Origin: a virus
Lineage: Duplodnaviria; Caudoviricetes
Length of the DNA stretch: 64,000 bases
Reading direction: 5' to 3' (one strand)
IMG/VR virus record: IMGVR_UViG_3300010346_001536
The position numbers and the translations under genes are program-made. Within the stretch, counting starts at the first letter, position 1, and each line of letters starts with the position of its first letter. Positions 1 through 10,649 of the stretch are shown piece by piece. The notes beneath the pieces are model-generated. The model searched no databases. It was not told the DNA's origin and saw only the letters and a program-made list of their open reading frames with translations.

Positions 1-3
1 TAT

Positions 4-228
4 TTGCTTCCTAATGATTTTTATATTGAATCTTTAGCCATTAAGGGGGATGATACAGACCCCGATGAAATTTTGAATTTTATTTCGATGTATGTTGACC
101 GGAAAAAAATGTATGAACGAGAGCTTAAAAGTAAACTTTCAGAAATTTATAGCTGTATTGGATGGAAATATCCAAATCGAGGTTCGCAGTTAGCAACACA
201 AACGTTTGATTTTAATGAGACGTGGTAA
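4..228 (+). CDS. hypothetical protein, probably 5'-truncated by the window edge
   Basis: Frame is open from the window start and abuts the next ATG at 230. Confidence 0.6.
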   Translation: MLPNDFYIESLAIKGDDTDPDEILNFISMYVDRKKMYERELKSKLSEIYSCIGWKYPNRGSQLATQTFDFNETW

Positions 229-229
229 T

Positions 230-637
230 ATGAATGATTTGTATCCTCTATTTTCATTAAGCGCAAGCTATTCTAATTTGGCGGAATGTACCCAAAGTTA
301 CATTCAAAACCAGACCCTTGCAGAACAGAAGGATAAAGAAGTGAAGGATTTTTTCGTAAGTCTTGGGTATGAAGTAGAGCAAAATGGGCGATATTGTCGG
401 CCGTGGTGGGAGATTTTTAAGGATGGGCTGCTTGTATGCCAAGTGGACACGGGGGTTTCTTTACAAGATATAATTGATGACATGAGTGAAATGGCACTTG
501 GTAATCCGGGAATTAGTAAAACCAATTATATAATTAGCGGAGAAGATAGTGATGATTTAACAGAATTGTTTTATAAAGTTCGTAATTCAAAAATAAATAT
601 TTCTGCCTCGGATGATTATTTTAGTTATGAGATATAA
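230..637 (+). CDS. hypothetical protein
   Basis: ATG at 230, in frame with ORF 206..637, directly after the upstream stop. Confidence 0.7.
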   Translation: MNDLYPLFSLSASYSNLAECTQSYIQNQTLAEQKDKEVKDFFVSLGYEVEQNGRYCRPWWEIFKDGLLVCQVDTGVSLQDIIDDMSEMALGNPGISKTNYIISGEDSDDLTELFYKVRNSKINISASDDYFSYEI

Positions 638-680
638 TAAATAGACAATCGTAATCAAAAGGAGTAAATTATACGCATAC

Positions 681-1424
681 ATGAAAAAGAAAGAATTAGA
701 AACATTTATTCGGCGTTATACTATAGGCGGAGAACTTAACAAAGTTAAATGGAAGTATAGTGCTTCTGAAAAAATATTGCATACACGCGGAGCCGTGGAC
801 AATCGAAGTTTTGTGGCCGATGTAATTATGAACGATTTTGATGAGTTTGGTTCTTCGGACCTTACTATTTGTATAGGAGATACCGAAAAAGTTAAAGGAA
901 TGATGTCTCCGTTTGAAGAAGATATTAATTTATCTATTAATCAACAAGGAGACCGTATTCTAGGATTTACAATGTCTGATGATAATTGTCAAAGCTATTG
1001 TGCGGCGGCGGACCCGGCTTCTATTGACCCGGTAGCGAAGAATCTTCAAGATATGCCAGAATATCATGTTGAAGTACCTTTAACTGAAGATTTTTTAGAT
1101 AAGTTTTTAAAAGCGCATGGTGCTTTAAAAGAAGTTAAAGATTTTTCGGTTGGTATGAATAAGAAAGAAAAATTTGAAATAGTATTTGGATATTCTATTT
1201 CAAATTCAAATCGAATTCGAATTACTCCTGATACGGATTCTGTTAAAAATAAATTAGATACGGCTTTATCATTTCCTATTAAAAATATAGCAGCAATATT
1301 TAAAGCTAATGATGATATTCCCGATGGAATTTTATCTATTAATAGCCACGGAATTGCAAGAGTATATTTTAAAAATGATAAATATATTTGTACTTATTAC
1401 CAATTCGCCAATAAAAAAGCATAA
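681..1424 (+). CDS. DNA polymerase sliding clamp (T4 gp45-like)
   Basis: 247 aa clamp-sized protein with an AADP linker and C-terminal YY strand; upstream of the clamp loader; sigma70-like promoter at 642-670. Confidence 0.7.
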   Translation: MKKKELETFIRRYTIGGELNKVKWKYSASEKILHTRGAVDNRSFVADVIMNDFDEFGSSDLTICIGDTEKVKGMMSPFEEDINLSINQQGDRILGFTMSDDNCQSYCAAADPASIDPVAKNLQDMPEYHVEVPLTEDFLDKFLKAHGALKEVKDFSVGMNKKEKFEIVFGYSISNSNRIRITPDTDSVKNKLDTALSFPIKNIAAIFKANDDIPDGILSINSHGIARVYFKNDKYICTYYQFANKKA

Positions 1425-1427
1425 AAT

Positions 1428-1733
1428 ATGATTGAAATTACTAAGATTTGTTATAAAACGGACGATGGACAAATATTTGATACTTTTTCAGATGCTCAAT
1501 TACATGAACTTGAAGTTTTATTTGAAAAGATTTCTATTAAATTACCAAAAGAAACAGCGATAGCTATATTACAGAATAAAACTACTATTATTGATATTTT
1601 ATCTAAAAATAAATCAAATATATCATTTCAAGGTCCCAGTATTCCTTTAGCACCAGAAGTAGTTAAAGAGTGTAATAAAACTATTATTACTGATGCTATA
1701 ACTTCTATAATTGGAAAACTTAATAAAAAGTAA
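1428..1733 (+). CDS. hypothetical protein
   Basis: ORF fills the gap in the operon; YxTxDGxIF start typical of small phage proteins. Confidence 0.7.
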   Translation: MIEITKICYKTDDGQIFDTFSDAQLHELEVLFEKISIKLPKETAIAILQNKTTIIDILSKNKSNISFQGPSIPLAPEVVKECNKTIITDAITSIIGKLNKK

Positions 1734-1741
1734 AATTATTT

Positions 1742-2707
1742 ATGATTATTAATCCGTTTGAATTTGTTGAGATGGAAGAGCTTCCTTCGGTTCCTGACCA
1801 CAGCCTTTGGGCCGAACGTTATCGTCCCCGTACTCTTAAAAATTTTGTCGGCAGTCCTTCGGTCTGTGAAACTTTAGAAATATGGTTAGAAAGTAAAGAT
1901 ATACCACATCTTTTATTTTTTGGCTGGCCCGGGACTGGTAAAACTTCTTTAGGAAAAATGCTTATTAATTTAATCCCGTGTGATAGTTTGTTTATTAATG
2001 CATCGGATGAAAATAAAGTAGATGATATTAGAAATAAAGTACAAGATTTTTGTATTACTATGGGAGTTAATCCTTTAAAAATTATGTTTTTGGATGAGGC
2101 AGACCGTTTAACCCCCGATGCTCAAGGTGTACTTCGTAATTTAATGGAAACTTATTCGCATTCGACGCGCTTTATTTTAACGTGTAATTATCATGAAAAA
2201 ATAGCGCCGGCCATTAAGTCTCGGTGTCAAAGTTTTGAAATAAAGCCTCCGTCTAAGCCTGAACTTATGTCTCATCTTATTAAAATTTTAAATAAAGAAA
2301 AAATAAATTATGAGAATAAGGATGTAGCATTTATTGTAACCAGTTATTATCCCGATATGCGAAAAATGATTAATTTCATGCAACAATCTTCGCTTACTGG
2401 AACATTAAAAATAGCAAAAGCTAGTACGGATGACCAAGATTACCGCGAAAAACTTGTTAAGCTTTTACAACAGCCGAAAAAGGCGGGTATTTTTGATGAA
2501 ATTCGACAATTGGTAGCAGACGCGGCTTTTTCTAATTATGAAGAAGTTTATAAATATCTTTTTGACCGCGTAAATGATTATGCCGGAGAAAAAGCTCCAG
2601 AAATTATTCTGTATCTTGCAGACGCCGTATATCAATCTGCTTTAGTGTTTGAACGAGAAATTACTTTTGTAGCATCTATGCATCGAATACTTGGTGCTCT
2701 TAAATAA
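1742..2707 (+). CDS. clamp loader AAA+ subunit (RFC small subunit / T4 gp44-like)
   Basis: WAERYRP, Walker A GWPGTGKT, NASD, Walker B LDEAD, SRC motif. Confidence 0.95.
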   Translation: MIINPFEFVEMEELPSVPDHSLWAERYRPRTLKNFVGSPSVCETLEIWLESKDIPHLLFFGWPGTGKTSLGKMLINLIPCDSLFINASDENKVDDIRNKVQDFCITMGVNPLKIMFLDEADRLTPDAQGVLRNLMETYSHSTRFILTCNYHEKIAPAIKSRCQSFEIKPPSKPELMSHLIKILNKEKINYENKDVAFIVTSYYPDMRKMINFMQQSSLTGTLKIAKASTDDQDYREKLVKLLQQPKKAGIFDEIRQLVADAAFSNYEEVYKYLFDRVNDYAGEKAPEIILYLADAVYQSALVFEREITFVASMHRILGALK

Positions 2708-2791
2708 GATGTACATATTTAAAAGCTTTAAGGTAAATTACTTAAAAATAATTTTATAATAAATTGACTCCCCCGTAAGGAGTGATAAAAT

Positions 2792-3070
2792 ATGCTCAAT
2801 ATGAATAAGCCTAATGTAAAACATATACCAATGGAACAAAAAAAAGCAATACTTACCGAAACGGTTGAAGTTTTTGGACAACAAGAGTGGTTTAGAGATG
2901 CAACAGTATATGATGCTCACCCAAATACCGGCGAACCAACTCTCGAGTTTAAAGTAAATTATGTTCCTATTTTAGGAATTATCCGCAAAACTATTATAGA
3001 TTTTGCAATAAAACATAATTTGGTTGAACGTTTTGTTATTATTGATAAAGATGGACGCCCTGTAGAGTAA
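2792..3070 (+). CDS. hypothetical protein (start may be 2801)
   Basis: ORF right after TTGACT-N16-TAAAAT promoter at 2764-2791. Confidence 0.7.
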   Translation: MLNMNKPNVKHIPMEQKKAILTETVEVFGQQEWFRDATVYDAHPNTGEPTLEFKVNYVPILGIIRKTIIDFAIKHNLVERFVIIDKDGRPVE

Positions 3071-3122
3071 TAATATTTGTAAAGAATTGTTACTTTAAAT
3101 AACATGGGAATACGGGTAGTTT

Positions 3123-4220
3123 ATGAGTAATAAATTGATTCCATCAATTTTAACTATTATTCCTAAGATTCCGCTTAAAGGGGTATATTATATTGGCCAG
3201 TATGGAACAAGTGGATATGCAAATGCTGCCCGGGGGTATTTATATCATTATTTTATTAATAATATTCCTATTACATGGGACCCCCTTTATTTTGATAATT
3301 CTAAACTAAGTGATGATAATCCATACGATATAGTTGTTCAATCATTAATAAATAAATCAATTCCTCTACATGATGTTGTTATTATACATTCTACCCCCGA
3401 CTTATGGCCAAAATTTTGGGAAGAAAAACTTGAAATTTTAAAGGGAAAAGTTATTAATGGTTATTGTACTTGGGAAACAAATCGTCTTCCTAAAGAATGG
3501 GTTAAATATATGAATGAATGTGTTAATGAAGTATGGTGCCCGTCTTCTTATAATTTAAATTCATTCCGAGAATCGGGAGTAAATAATACTATACGAGTAG
3601 TACCGCATATTTTTCTTCCTCATCCTCTCCCTGACCCGATGAATGTTAAACTAGTTGATATGCGGACCGGAAATCGATTAGAAAAAAATGGATACTATAC
3701 GTTTTATACGATAGGAGAGTTTAATATACGTAAAGGAATTGAGGATACAATACGGGCTTTTTGTGAAGGATTTAAACCTACCGACCCAGTACGGCTTATA
3801 CTTAAAGTTCATTATCGTAATTATTCGGATGAAAATAAGAAAAGATGTGAAGATATGATTAAGGAAGAACTTAAAAAATATCCTTCTTATCCTCCTATTA
3901 TTTGTTTATTAGAACCGATGACTTCAACTGAGATTCTTGCCCTCCATTCAATAGGCGACTGTTACGTGTCGCTTACAAAGGCCGAGGGGTTTGGGCTTAC
4001 TATATTCGATGCCTTTAACTATGGGAAAAACATTATTGCTACGGGCTATGGTGGGCACATTGATTTTTTGGGAGATTCGTATCCCGGCCTTGTTCACTAT
4101 AAAATAGGGCCAGTGGTAGGAATGTCAACTTTTTCTTCGAACTATACTGAGGAACAGTTGTGGGCCTATCCATGTCTTGACCATGCAATTAACCTAATGA
4201 AAAAACAAGCTAACTTATGA
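3123..4220 (+). CDS. GT-B (GT4-like) glycosyltransferase
   Basis: SGY..AAR start, TWET, RKG, EGFGLTIFDA, IATGYGGHIDF. Confidence 0.9.
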   Translation: MSNKLIPSILTIIPKIPLKGVYYIGQYGTSGYANAARGYLYHYFINNIPITWDPLYFDNSKLSDDNPYDIVVQSLINKSIPLHDVVIIHSTPDLWPKFWEEKLEILKGKVINGYCTWETNRLPKEWVKYMNECVNEVWCPSSYNLNSFRESGVNNTIRVVPHIFLPHPLPDPMNVKLVDMRTGNRLEKNGYYTFYTIGEFNIRKGIEDTIRAFCEGFKPTDPVRLILKVHYRNYSDENKKRCEDMIKEELKKYPSYPPIICLLEPMTSTEILALHSIGDCYVSLTKAEGFGLTIFDAFNYGKNIIATGYGGHIDFLGDSYPGLVHYKIGPVVGMSTFSSNYTEEQLWAYPCLDHAINLMKKQANL

Positions 4221-4867
4221 CTGGAATTTTTGCATTTAATGGAAACACTAAGCATCAACAAATTATAGATACTTACATAAAGCGACTAGCAATAGATACG
4301 GTAGTCGAGTCGGGCACTTTACATGGTTTCACCACTGCGTATTTTGCCGAGCGAGTGAAGGAAGTGTACACCGTTGAAATTCAGGAAAAATCATATCGAA
4401 TGGCACGGAATTTACTCAGACAGTTTCGTAACGTTCATCAGGAACTTGGCGCTTCCCCCGCTTACTTCAATACGCTTCTGCCGACTCTTGATGGGAGAAA
4501 GATTCTGTTTTACCTTGACGCTCATTGGTTTGAGCCGTGGCCTCTGTTCGAAGAAATGAATGCCATTGCCAAGCACATCGGAAAACGGGCTGTAGTACTA
4601 ATTGACGACTTCCAGGTTCCCAACAGTCGATGTCGGTTTGACCAGTATGGCGGGGTAATAAACAATTTTGCCACATCCGAACCATACTTCAATAAGATTT
4701 ATGGGGAGCGGGGGTATGTGTATGATTATTTGGGCGGCGATGCAACACAGGAATTTATTATTAACGAATCGGAATTGGACTCCGACACTCTTCCTTTTTA
4801 TCTTCAGAGTTACAAGGGTAAGCCGATTACCATTACTGGAAAAATTATCGTCTATGCAAAAGAATAA
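4217..4867 (+). CDS. class I SAM-dependent methyltransferase-like protein
   Basis: VESGT.HG.T, YTVEI, FYLDAHW, LIDD. Confidence 0.8.
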   Translation: MTGIFAFNGNTKHQQIIDTYIKRLAIDTVVESGTLHGFTTAYFAERVKEVYTVEIQEKSYRMARNLLRQFRNVHQELGASPAYFNTLLPTLDGRKILFYLDAHWFEPWPLFEEMNAIAKHIGKRAVVLIDDFQVPNSRCRFDQYGGVINNFATSEPYFNKIYGERGYVYDYLGGDATQEFIINESELDSDTLPFYLQSYKGKPITITGKIIVYAKE

Positions 4868-5510
4868 ATATGTGTCCCAATGTGGGCAGGACAAGTGTGT
4901 CATTGAGGAAATTTACAAAGGATTGACGCATGGGTTTTTTGTTGACTTGGGAGCGGGCGATGGTATCCAATTGTCAAACACCTATGTCCTTGAAACGGAA
5001 TATGAATGGGATGGTATTTGTGTAGAACCCAACACTTATTCCTTTGAAAGCCTTAAGAAAAATCGAAAGTGTCGACTCGAAAACAGCTTCGTGCTTGATG
5101 GGGTGAGAGAAGTCGCGTTCCATCAGTACTATGGAAACCCGCCCCATTGGGAATCCTTCTCGTCAATGTATCCTTCGCCATTTCACGAAGAGATGGACGT
5201 CGTAAAGAAATCCGTTATCATGTGTAAGTCTATATCATTGGGACAGTTACTAACAAAGCATGGCGCACCGAATTTGATTCATTATCTTTCTGTGGACACC
5301 GAATATACGGACTACGAAATTCTCGAACACTTCTTCACAAAAGAACTTGGCGAAAGAGCTATCATATGTTTATCGGTGGAACACAACTTCAAGGAAGTTC
5401 GAGAGAAGCTTAGGACTTTGCTTGGAACTTATAGATTTACTTTCTATAAGGAACTGTATCAGGATGATATGTATATAAATAATGACTTTTGGAATCTTCC
5501 CAATCTATGA
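4854..5510 (+). CDS. FkbM-family methyltransferase
   Basis: SQCGQD, FFVDLGAGDG..LSNT..LE, GICVEPN, YLSVDTE; start placed at ATG 4854. Confidence 0.9.
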   Translation: MQKNKYVSQCGQDKCVIEEIYKGLTHGFFVDLGAGDGIQLSNTYVLETEYEWDGICVEPNTYSFESLKKNRKCRLENSFVLDGVREVAFHQYYGNPPHWESFSSMYPSPFHEEMDVVKKSVIMCKSISLGQLLTKHGAPNLIHYLSVDTEYTDYEILEHFFTKELGERAIICLSVEHNFKEVREKLRTLLGTYRFTFYKELYQDDMYINNDFWNLPNL

Positions 5511-6433
5511 ACGTCCATCTCCGAATAAACTATGGGTGTGATAAACGATTCTACCTTACGAAGGACACTATCCGCCTTTGTCATCCATACTTTGAGACTA
5601 TCAGGGTTTTGGTAACGTCCGACGAATCTGACTATCAAATGTTGAAGTCGTTGGAATCGGAGTATCCGAAGCTGAAGGTCACGAAGACGGCCATTCCTTA
5701 TTACGGGGATTTTGAATCCGTGCATCGAAATCTATTGTGGGATGTCCCCGAGGACGAGTGGATTCATTTGCTAGATTCAGATGAACGTCCAACCTATCAA
5801 TTTTTGACTGGCTTGCAGGACATGATATCCGACGCCATAGCAAATGGAGTTAACACATGTCGTATTCCATCCATTTCACATTACATGAAGTCAAATGAGT
5901 TTTGTGATAAGAATTATAAGAACGCTTTTGCGGGAAAGGCTAAGTACTATGAGCCATCTTTATTTAAATACAATAGGTATAAGAACACGTACAGAAGCAG
6001 CTTTGGTGGGTGTCATTCCATGCCAGCAAGGATAGATAGGGTGGAGAAGAGATATATCTTACCAACATTACACTTCAAAAATCCTATAAATTGGTATCAG
6101 GCGTTTATCCTACAGGGGTTTTTCAATCCAACTGTTCATTCGCGGACGGAAGAGCGAGAATGTCTCATAAAGTCTTCAGAATACGCCGCGTTTGAGGCAT
6201 TGAAAAAGGAAACAAAATGTTTTGATTCAACCACATTTATATCCCAGCTGTCTATCGACCCCGAGTTCAAGCAGAAATTTCATGACCTTTTTTTAACTTT
6301 TAAGGAGTCTAAATTTCCAATTTTCCAGTTTGCATACAAATGGGTTGCTAATGAGAATTTCAGACTAATGATTTTTGAAAAGCAGGAATTCTGCGGAAAG
6401 GTCTGTTGTAAGTATGGGGATATACAATTATGA
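5507..6433 (+). CDS. GT-A (GT2-like) glycosyltransferase
   Basis: F..HRN, W..LLDSDE DxD motif; ATGA overlap with the upstream gene. Confidence 0.7.
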   Translation: MNVHLRINYGCDKRFYLTKDTIRLCHPYFETIRVLVTSDESDYQMLKSLESEYPKLKVTKTAIPYYGDFESVHRNLLWDVPEDEWIHLLDSDERPTYQFLTGLQDMISDAIANGVNTCRIPSISHYMKSNEFCDKNYKNAFAGKAKYYEPSLFKYNRYKNTYRSSFGGCHSMPARIDRVEKRYILPTLHFKNPINWYQAFILQGFFNPTVHSRTEERECLIKSSEYAAFEALKKETKCFDSTTFISQLSIDPEFKQKFHDLFLTFKESKFPIFQFAYKWVANENFRLMIFEKQEFCGKVCCKYGDIQL

Positions 6434-7491
6434 AAATACTAATGACGTTTGAACTCGGAGCAATTGCTGTTTATGCAACGCCGCTGATAAAGTTATTGTC
6501 CTCTCGGGGGCATTCTATAGATTTTTATACAACCGACCGAAGAGGATTTTGTGACCCCGGAGACGAGATACGTAAATCTGTCACCATGCTCAATGCTCCT
6601 CCTGTAGATATGAGATATGATTTGTGGATGTATGACCTATCTACATGGGAAACAAAACAAACTCCATTTCTGGAAAAGCTTACGGAGTTCGAAGGAGACT
6701 TAGTATGCATCAATTTTGAAGATGGAAATCAATTCTTTCTTAATTATATTACGGGGTACATCATTGACAAGACAAAGCTATACATAAATAATTCTCTTTT
6801 TGTGGACCGGGGAAGATACCCCGAAAATATACGGTCTAAACTCATGTTGGCCCCGTCCTACATAACCAATAGTCAGAGTTTCAAGACATTGGTTGTTCCC
6901 TTCAGGGACAAGCAAAGGCGAGCCATATTTACAGGAAATATTACGGGAATGAGCGAAAGTGGAAATCCCGAAGAACTTAAATGTCGAATCCTTGTTCCAA
7001 TGGCGTTGATAAAGGCGGGCGTGCCTTGCTACTACCGTATCTATTCTTCCGACCCCAACTACCAGAGCGTCTTGGAAAAGGTGCCCGAGCAATATAAGAG
7101 TCAGCATCTTAAATGGGAAGACTTCTTGAAAGAAACAGTGAACAGTATGATTGTCCTCTCATTGAGGGGAAATGGTCATACAGTTCGGAGATACTTTGAG
7201 GGGCTGGCTTCGGGCGGATTGGTATTCTCCACGAGGTCAAATCATATGACTGAGTTCATTGGTCAGGGTGTAGCGGGAGAGCACTTCGTAGAAATAGACT
7301 GGTCGGGGAACGATGTGGTTGAGAAGGCCAATTACTATTTCGAGCGCACCGAGGAGGCCGAAAAAATTGCTGCTTGTGGAAGAAAGTTTTGGGAAGACAC
7401 TAGTATGTTGGATGACAATGGGGTGGTTCCTCCGAAGGTTGCGAACGAAATAATCAACAACGCCAAACGAATTGCGGGGATTGAATTTTGA
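6430..7491 (+). CDS. GT-B glycosyltransferase-like protein (GT90/CAP10-like C-terminus)
   Basis: AIFTG, LSLRGNG..RYFE, HFVEI...D, AEKIA..GRKF. Confidence 0.65.
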   Translation: MKILMTFELGAIAVYATPLIKLLSSRGHSIDFYTTDRRGFCDPGDEIRKSVTMLNAPPVDMRYDLWMYDLSTWETKQTPFLEKLTEFEGDLVCINFEDGNQFFLNYITGYIIDKTKLYINNSLFVDRGRYPENIRSKLMLAPSYITNSQSFKTLVVPFRDKQRRAIFTGNITGMSESGNPEELKCRILVPMALIKAGVPCYYRIYSSDPNYQSVLEKVPEQYKSQHLKWEDFLKETVNSMIVLSLRGNGHTVRRYFEGLASGGLVFSTRSNHMTEFIGQGVAGEHFVEIDWSGNDVVEKANYYFERTEEAEKIAACGRKFWEDTSMLDDNGVVPPKVANEIINNAKRIAGIEF

Positions 7492-8213
7492 TGTTTACCA
7501 AATTCACAATCTATGGGGAAAGGTGTTCTGGCACTAACTTTTTACGCAAGGTTATTGTTGATAATTTTAACCTTGAACTAACACATCTTCCTAATGTAGA
7601 TTATGCGTGGAAACACTTTTTCGGACATGAGAAAAATCAAGCGGCCATTCAGAGTTCAACAGACGTAGTGATTTTATCAATAGTTAGAAATCCGATTGAC
7701 TATTTCGTATCTTTTTTCAAGTCGCCCCACCATCAGTCAGCGGAAAGAATTGTGGACTTTGAAACCTTTCTGACTTCGGAATTCTACTCTATAAATAAAG
7801 AAGGAGAACTTCTTACGGATAGGTATTTTGAGCAGAATTGTCGAAGGTATAAGAACATCTTCGAGATGCGTGCTGTAAAGAATCGATTTCTTGCACTTAC
7901 TATTCCAAAACTTACTGCAAATTGTTATTTAGTGCAATATGAAAGATTGAAGAATGATTCGGAAGCGGTGCTCGTTGAAATTTCAGCTAAGTTTAGGCTT
8001 ACTCCCAAGCAGCAACCATTTATTATAGAAAGACGAAGGGTTGCTCCTCGAGGGACAAGTTGGGATGTATTTGATATTGTGGATTCTCCTATAGGCGAGA
8101 ACTACGTAGTGGAATCTCCGAAATGCAAGGAAATCATCCTTTCCAATTTGGATTTTTCGGCCGAACGAATTGTTGGATACATCCGCGAATCTATTGTAAG
8201 CCGTCTAATATGA
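7491..8213 (+). CDS. sulfotransferase-like protein
   Basis: IYGERCSGTNFL (5'-PSB-like), WKH, IVRNPIDYFVS (3'-PB-like), VQYERL. Confidence 0.7.
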   Translation: MFTKFTIYGERCSGTNFLRKVIVDNFNLELTHLPNVDYAWKHFFGHEKNQAAIQSSTDVVILSIVRNPIDYFVSFFKSPHHQSAERIVDFETFLTSEFYSINKEGELLTDRYFEQNCRRYKNIFEMRAVKNRFLALTIPKLTANCYLVQYERLKNDSEAVLVEISAKFRLTPKQQPFIIERRRVAPRGTSWDVFDIVDSPIGENYVVESPKCKEIILSNLDFSAERIVGYIRESIVSRLI

Positions 8214-9325
8214 GTGATAAAATTCAAAAAGTATATGAATTGGTTCGAGATTATGTAAATAAATCTGAATATTGCGGGAGGGTATTTATTTTTGGAGGAT
8301 ATATTAGAGACCGCATTATTGGCATTATACCTAATGATATAGATGCTATCTTAGTTGGAGATACTGAAGATGCTATGAAATTAGCAATGAAATTGGTATC
8401 GGAAACTAAAGATATGGAAACTAGAAATCTTCCCGTCAAAATTAATAATGCCATTCGTTTTTATATTAATGATGTAAGAATTGATATTACTTCTCTTCCG
8501 CCGATAGAAGGGGGAACACCCCGGGATGTTATGTGCCACGCGGCAATTTATCACCGCGATTTTGCTATCAACGGGATGTGTTTGAATTTAGAAAATGAAG
8601 AAGTTTTTGATGGGTCTGGGAGCTCTATAAAAGCCATTTTTCAAAGAAGTTTAGTAACTGCTAGAGATGATTATGATTCAATTTTTTATAATCATCCTGC
8701 TCGATTATATCGTATGTTTAGATTACAATCTAAACTTAATTTGACTATTCCGGAATCTCAAATTGAATATGCAAGATATAAGTGGTGGTTAAGTAATTTT
8801 GTCGAACGAGATAGAATTAAAATAGAATTTGACCAAATTAAACAGGGGCCAAATGCAAAAAAATTTTTAGAATTATTAAAATATGCTAAATTAGACCCAA
8901 CCGATTTATCAAGGGGCGATGTATTTATTCAAGATGGGTGGCATGAGTGTGAGCCGGGACAAGAACCAAAACGATATCGAGAAGGACTTCATACTCGATG
9001 GACCAGTCCAAAAGCAAATCTTTTAATATCCCCATCAGTAGATGCAATCGAATTAATATATTTTAAATCGGAACATGCTAAATCTGATATATTGTATTAT
9101 ACAATAAATGATAAAGAGGACAAAATTCCGCTTGGACCTACATCTGTTATCATTCCCACCGCTGGAGGGGGTCGTTTAACTATACGTACAAATACTTTTA
9201 GACCTTCAGACGTATTTGAATCTGACGATACTCGAGAATTAGGACTTTATGTATCTAAAATTAATATATTTAAATTGGGAATTAAAACTGAAATTTTAAT
9301 AGATTACATTCCATATCATTTATGA
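8210..9325 (+). CDS. CCA-adding/poly(A) polymerase-family nucleotidyltransferase fused to a C-terminal beta-sandwich ('SDxRxLG') domain
   Basis: GGYIRD..DID and RDFAIN motifs; C-terminal GWH.E..RWT..DTRELG; start at ATG 8210. Confidence 0.8.
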   Translation: MSDKIQKVYELVRDYVNKSEYCGRVFIFGGYIRDRIIGIIPNDIDAILVGDTEDAMKLAMKLVSETKDMETRNLPVKINNAIRFYINDVRIDITSLPPIEGGTPRDVMCHAAIYHRDFAINGMCLNLENEEVFDGSGSSIKAIFQRSLVTARDDYDSIFYNHPARLYRMFRLQSKLNLTIPESQIEYARYKWWLSNFVERDRIKIEFDQIKQGPNAKKFLELLKYAKLDPTDLSRGDVFIQDGWHECEPGQEPKRYREGLHTRWTSPKANLLISPSVDAIELIYFKSEHAKSDILYYTINDKEDKIPLGPTSVIIPTAGGGRLTIRTNTFRPSDVFESDDTRELGLYVSKINIFKLGIKTEILIDYIPYHL

Positions 9326-10575
9326 ATATAGACCATCAAGATGTTGTACTAATACGAACTGCTGATAGCCATTGGTGGAAACTCGAAGGAAATATTAAAG
9401 ATGGATTTTTTCGATGGACCGCTGAACGAGCAGATTTTCGAATTATTAATCAAAATATAAAATCAGTAGAAATTCAACTTCAATGGCATCCAACTTATTG
9501 TGGAACTATTATTATAAAACAAGATGGAAAAGAATTAATATCTTATAACCCGAATAATTTGCCAGAGCATAATATTAAAATAGATATTAAAAATCAAAAA
9601 GATTTTGAAATATATTGTAATACATTTGTACCGAATAAAGTAAATAATTCGTCCGATTTTCGGAACTTAGGAATAATGGTGAGAGGATTTGTTTTACATG
9701 TAGAGAACGAGTCGTATCAATTAAAAATGAATGACATTTCTGAATGGTTCCCTATAATAGAAATTGTCAAAGAAAAAATTTCCAATGAAGTATTAACTAT
9801 TGCACCATTTAATTATACTTCTACACCCTTTAATATTTCTACACCATTAAAACGAGGCGCAATACTTTATTTAGATAAAACTTATCCGCGAATTATAAAA
9901 CAACTTAAAGAAGATTATAAATTTAGTAAATCTTGTGAATTAATTACTTATACGGATAATTCTTCTGTAGAAGCCGATATTCATGTACCTGTATTTGAAG
10001 GACAATGGATGAAAAAATATGATTATGCTAATGTGGCAGCACAAATGGCAATACAAATTGCTCAATTCAAAGAGTGGGATTATTTTATGTGGTTGGAATG
10101 GGATTGTTACGTAGGAAAGGATTGTTGGTTTGATGTTTTATGGGAAGAATTACTAGCATGGCCATATAAGCCTATACAGGCGGGAACTCCTGTAATATCA
10201 ACTTGGCCAATAGATGGTAATTTTGAATTTATAAAACAAGATTATATTGCTTCTTATCTTAAAGCAAATAAAGCAAGTTTGCGTTCAATTTATGTTGAGT
10301 TAATGGCTATAGCAATTAACGGAGCATTTGGATTTTATGAAGTAAATATGGCAGATAAATATTTAGTAAAACAAAAAATTCCTCGTGCTTGTCCGTTTGA
10401 TTTTATGTTTGGCCTTCGTATGTTAGAGGAATACCAAGAAGATATTTTTAAACATACGGCATGGCTTCCTTCATTGTATTCGGTATATGGAAATCAATAT
10501 TATACGGAAGCCCAGCGTTTAGAAATGGTTAAGTCTGGATTCAAAGTAGCTATGCATCAGTATAAGGTAATATAA
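9322..10575 (+). CDS. N-terminal 'SDxRxLG' beta-sandwich domain plus GT-A-like domain
   Basis: WW.LE..RWT..SSDFRNLG; YFMWLEWDC (ExD), INGA.GFY. Confidence 0.55.
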   Translation: MNIDHQDVVLIRTADSHWWKLEGNIKDGFFRWTAERADFRIINQNIKSVEIQLQWHPTYCGTIIIKQDGKELISYNPNNLPEHNIKIDIKNQKDFEIYCNTFVPNKVNNSSDFRNLGIMVRGFVLHVENESYQLKMNDISEWFPIIEIVKEKISNEVLTIAPFNYTSTPFNISTPLKRGAILYLDKTYPRIIKQLKEDYKFSKSCELITYTDNSSVEADIHVPVFEGQWMKKYDYANVAAQMAIQIAQFKEWDYFMWLEWDCYVGKDCWFDVLWEELLAWPYKPIQAGTPVISTWPIDGNFEFIKQDYIASYLKANKASLRSIYVELMAIAINGAFGFYEVNMADKYLVKQKIPRACPFDFMFGLRMLEEYQEDIFKHTAWLPSLYSVYGNQYYTEAQRLEMVKSGFKVAMHQYKVI

Positions 10576-10649
10576 AATATATTTTAAAATTTGTATAATT
10601 TAGATTAACTATAGTATCATTTTAAGGGGGTTATCTCATATTTATATTT

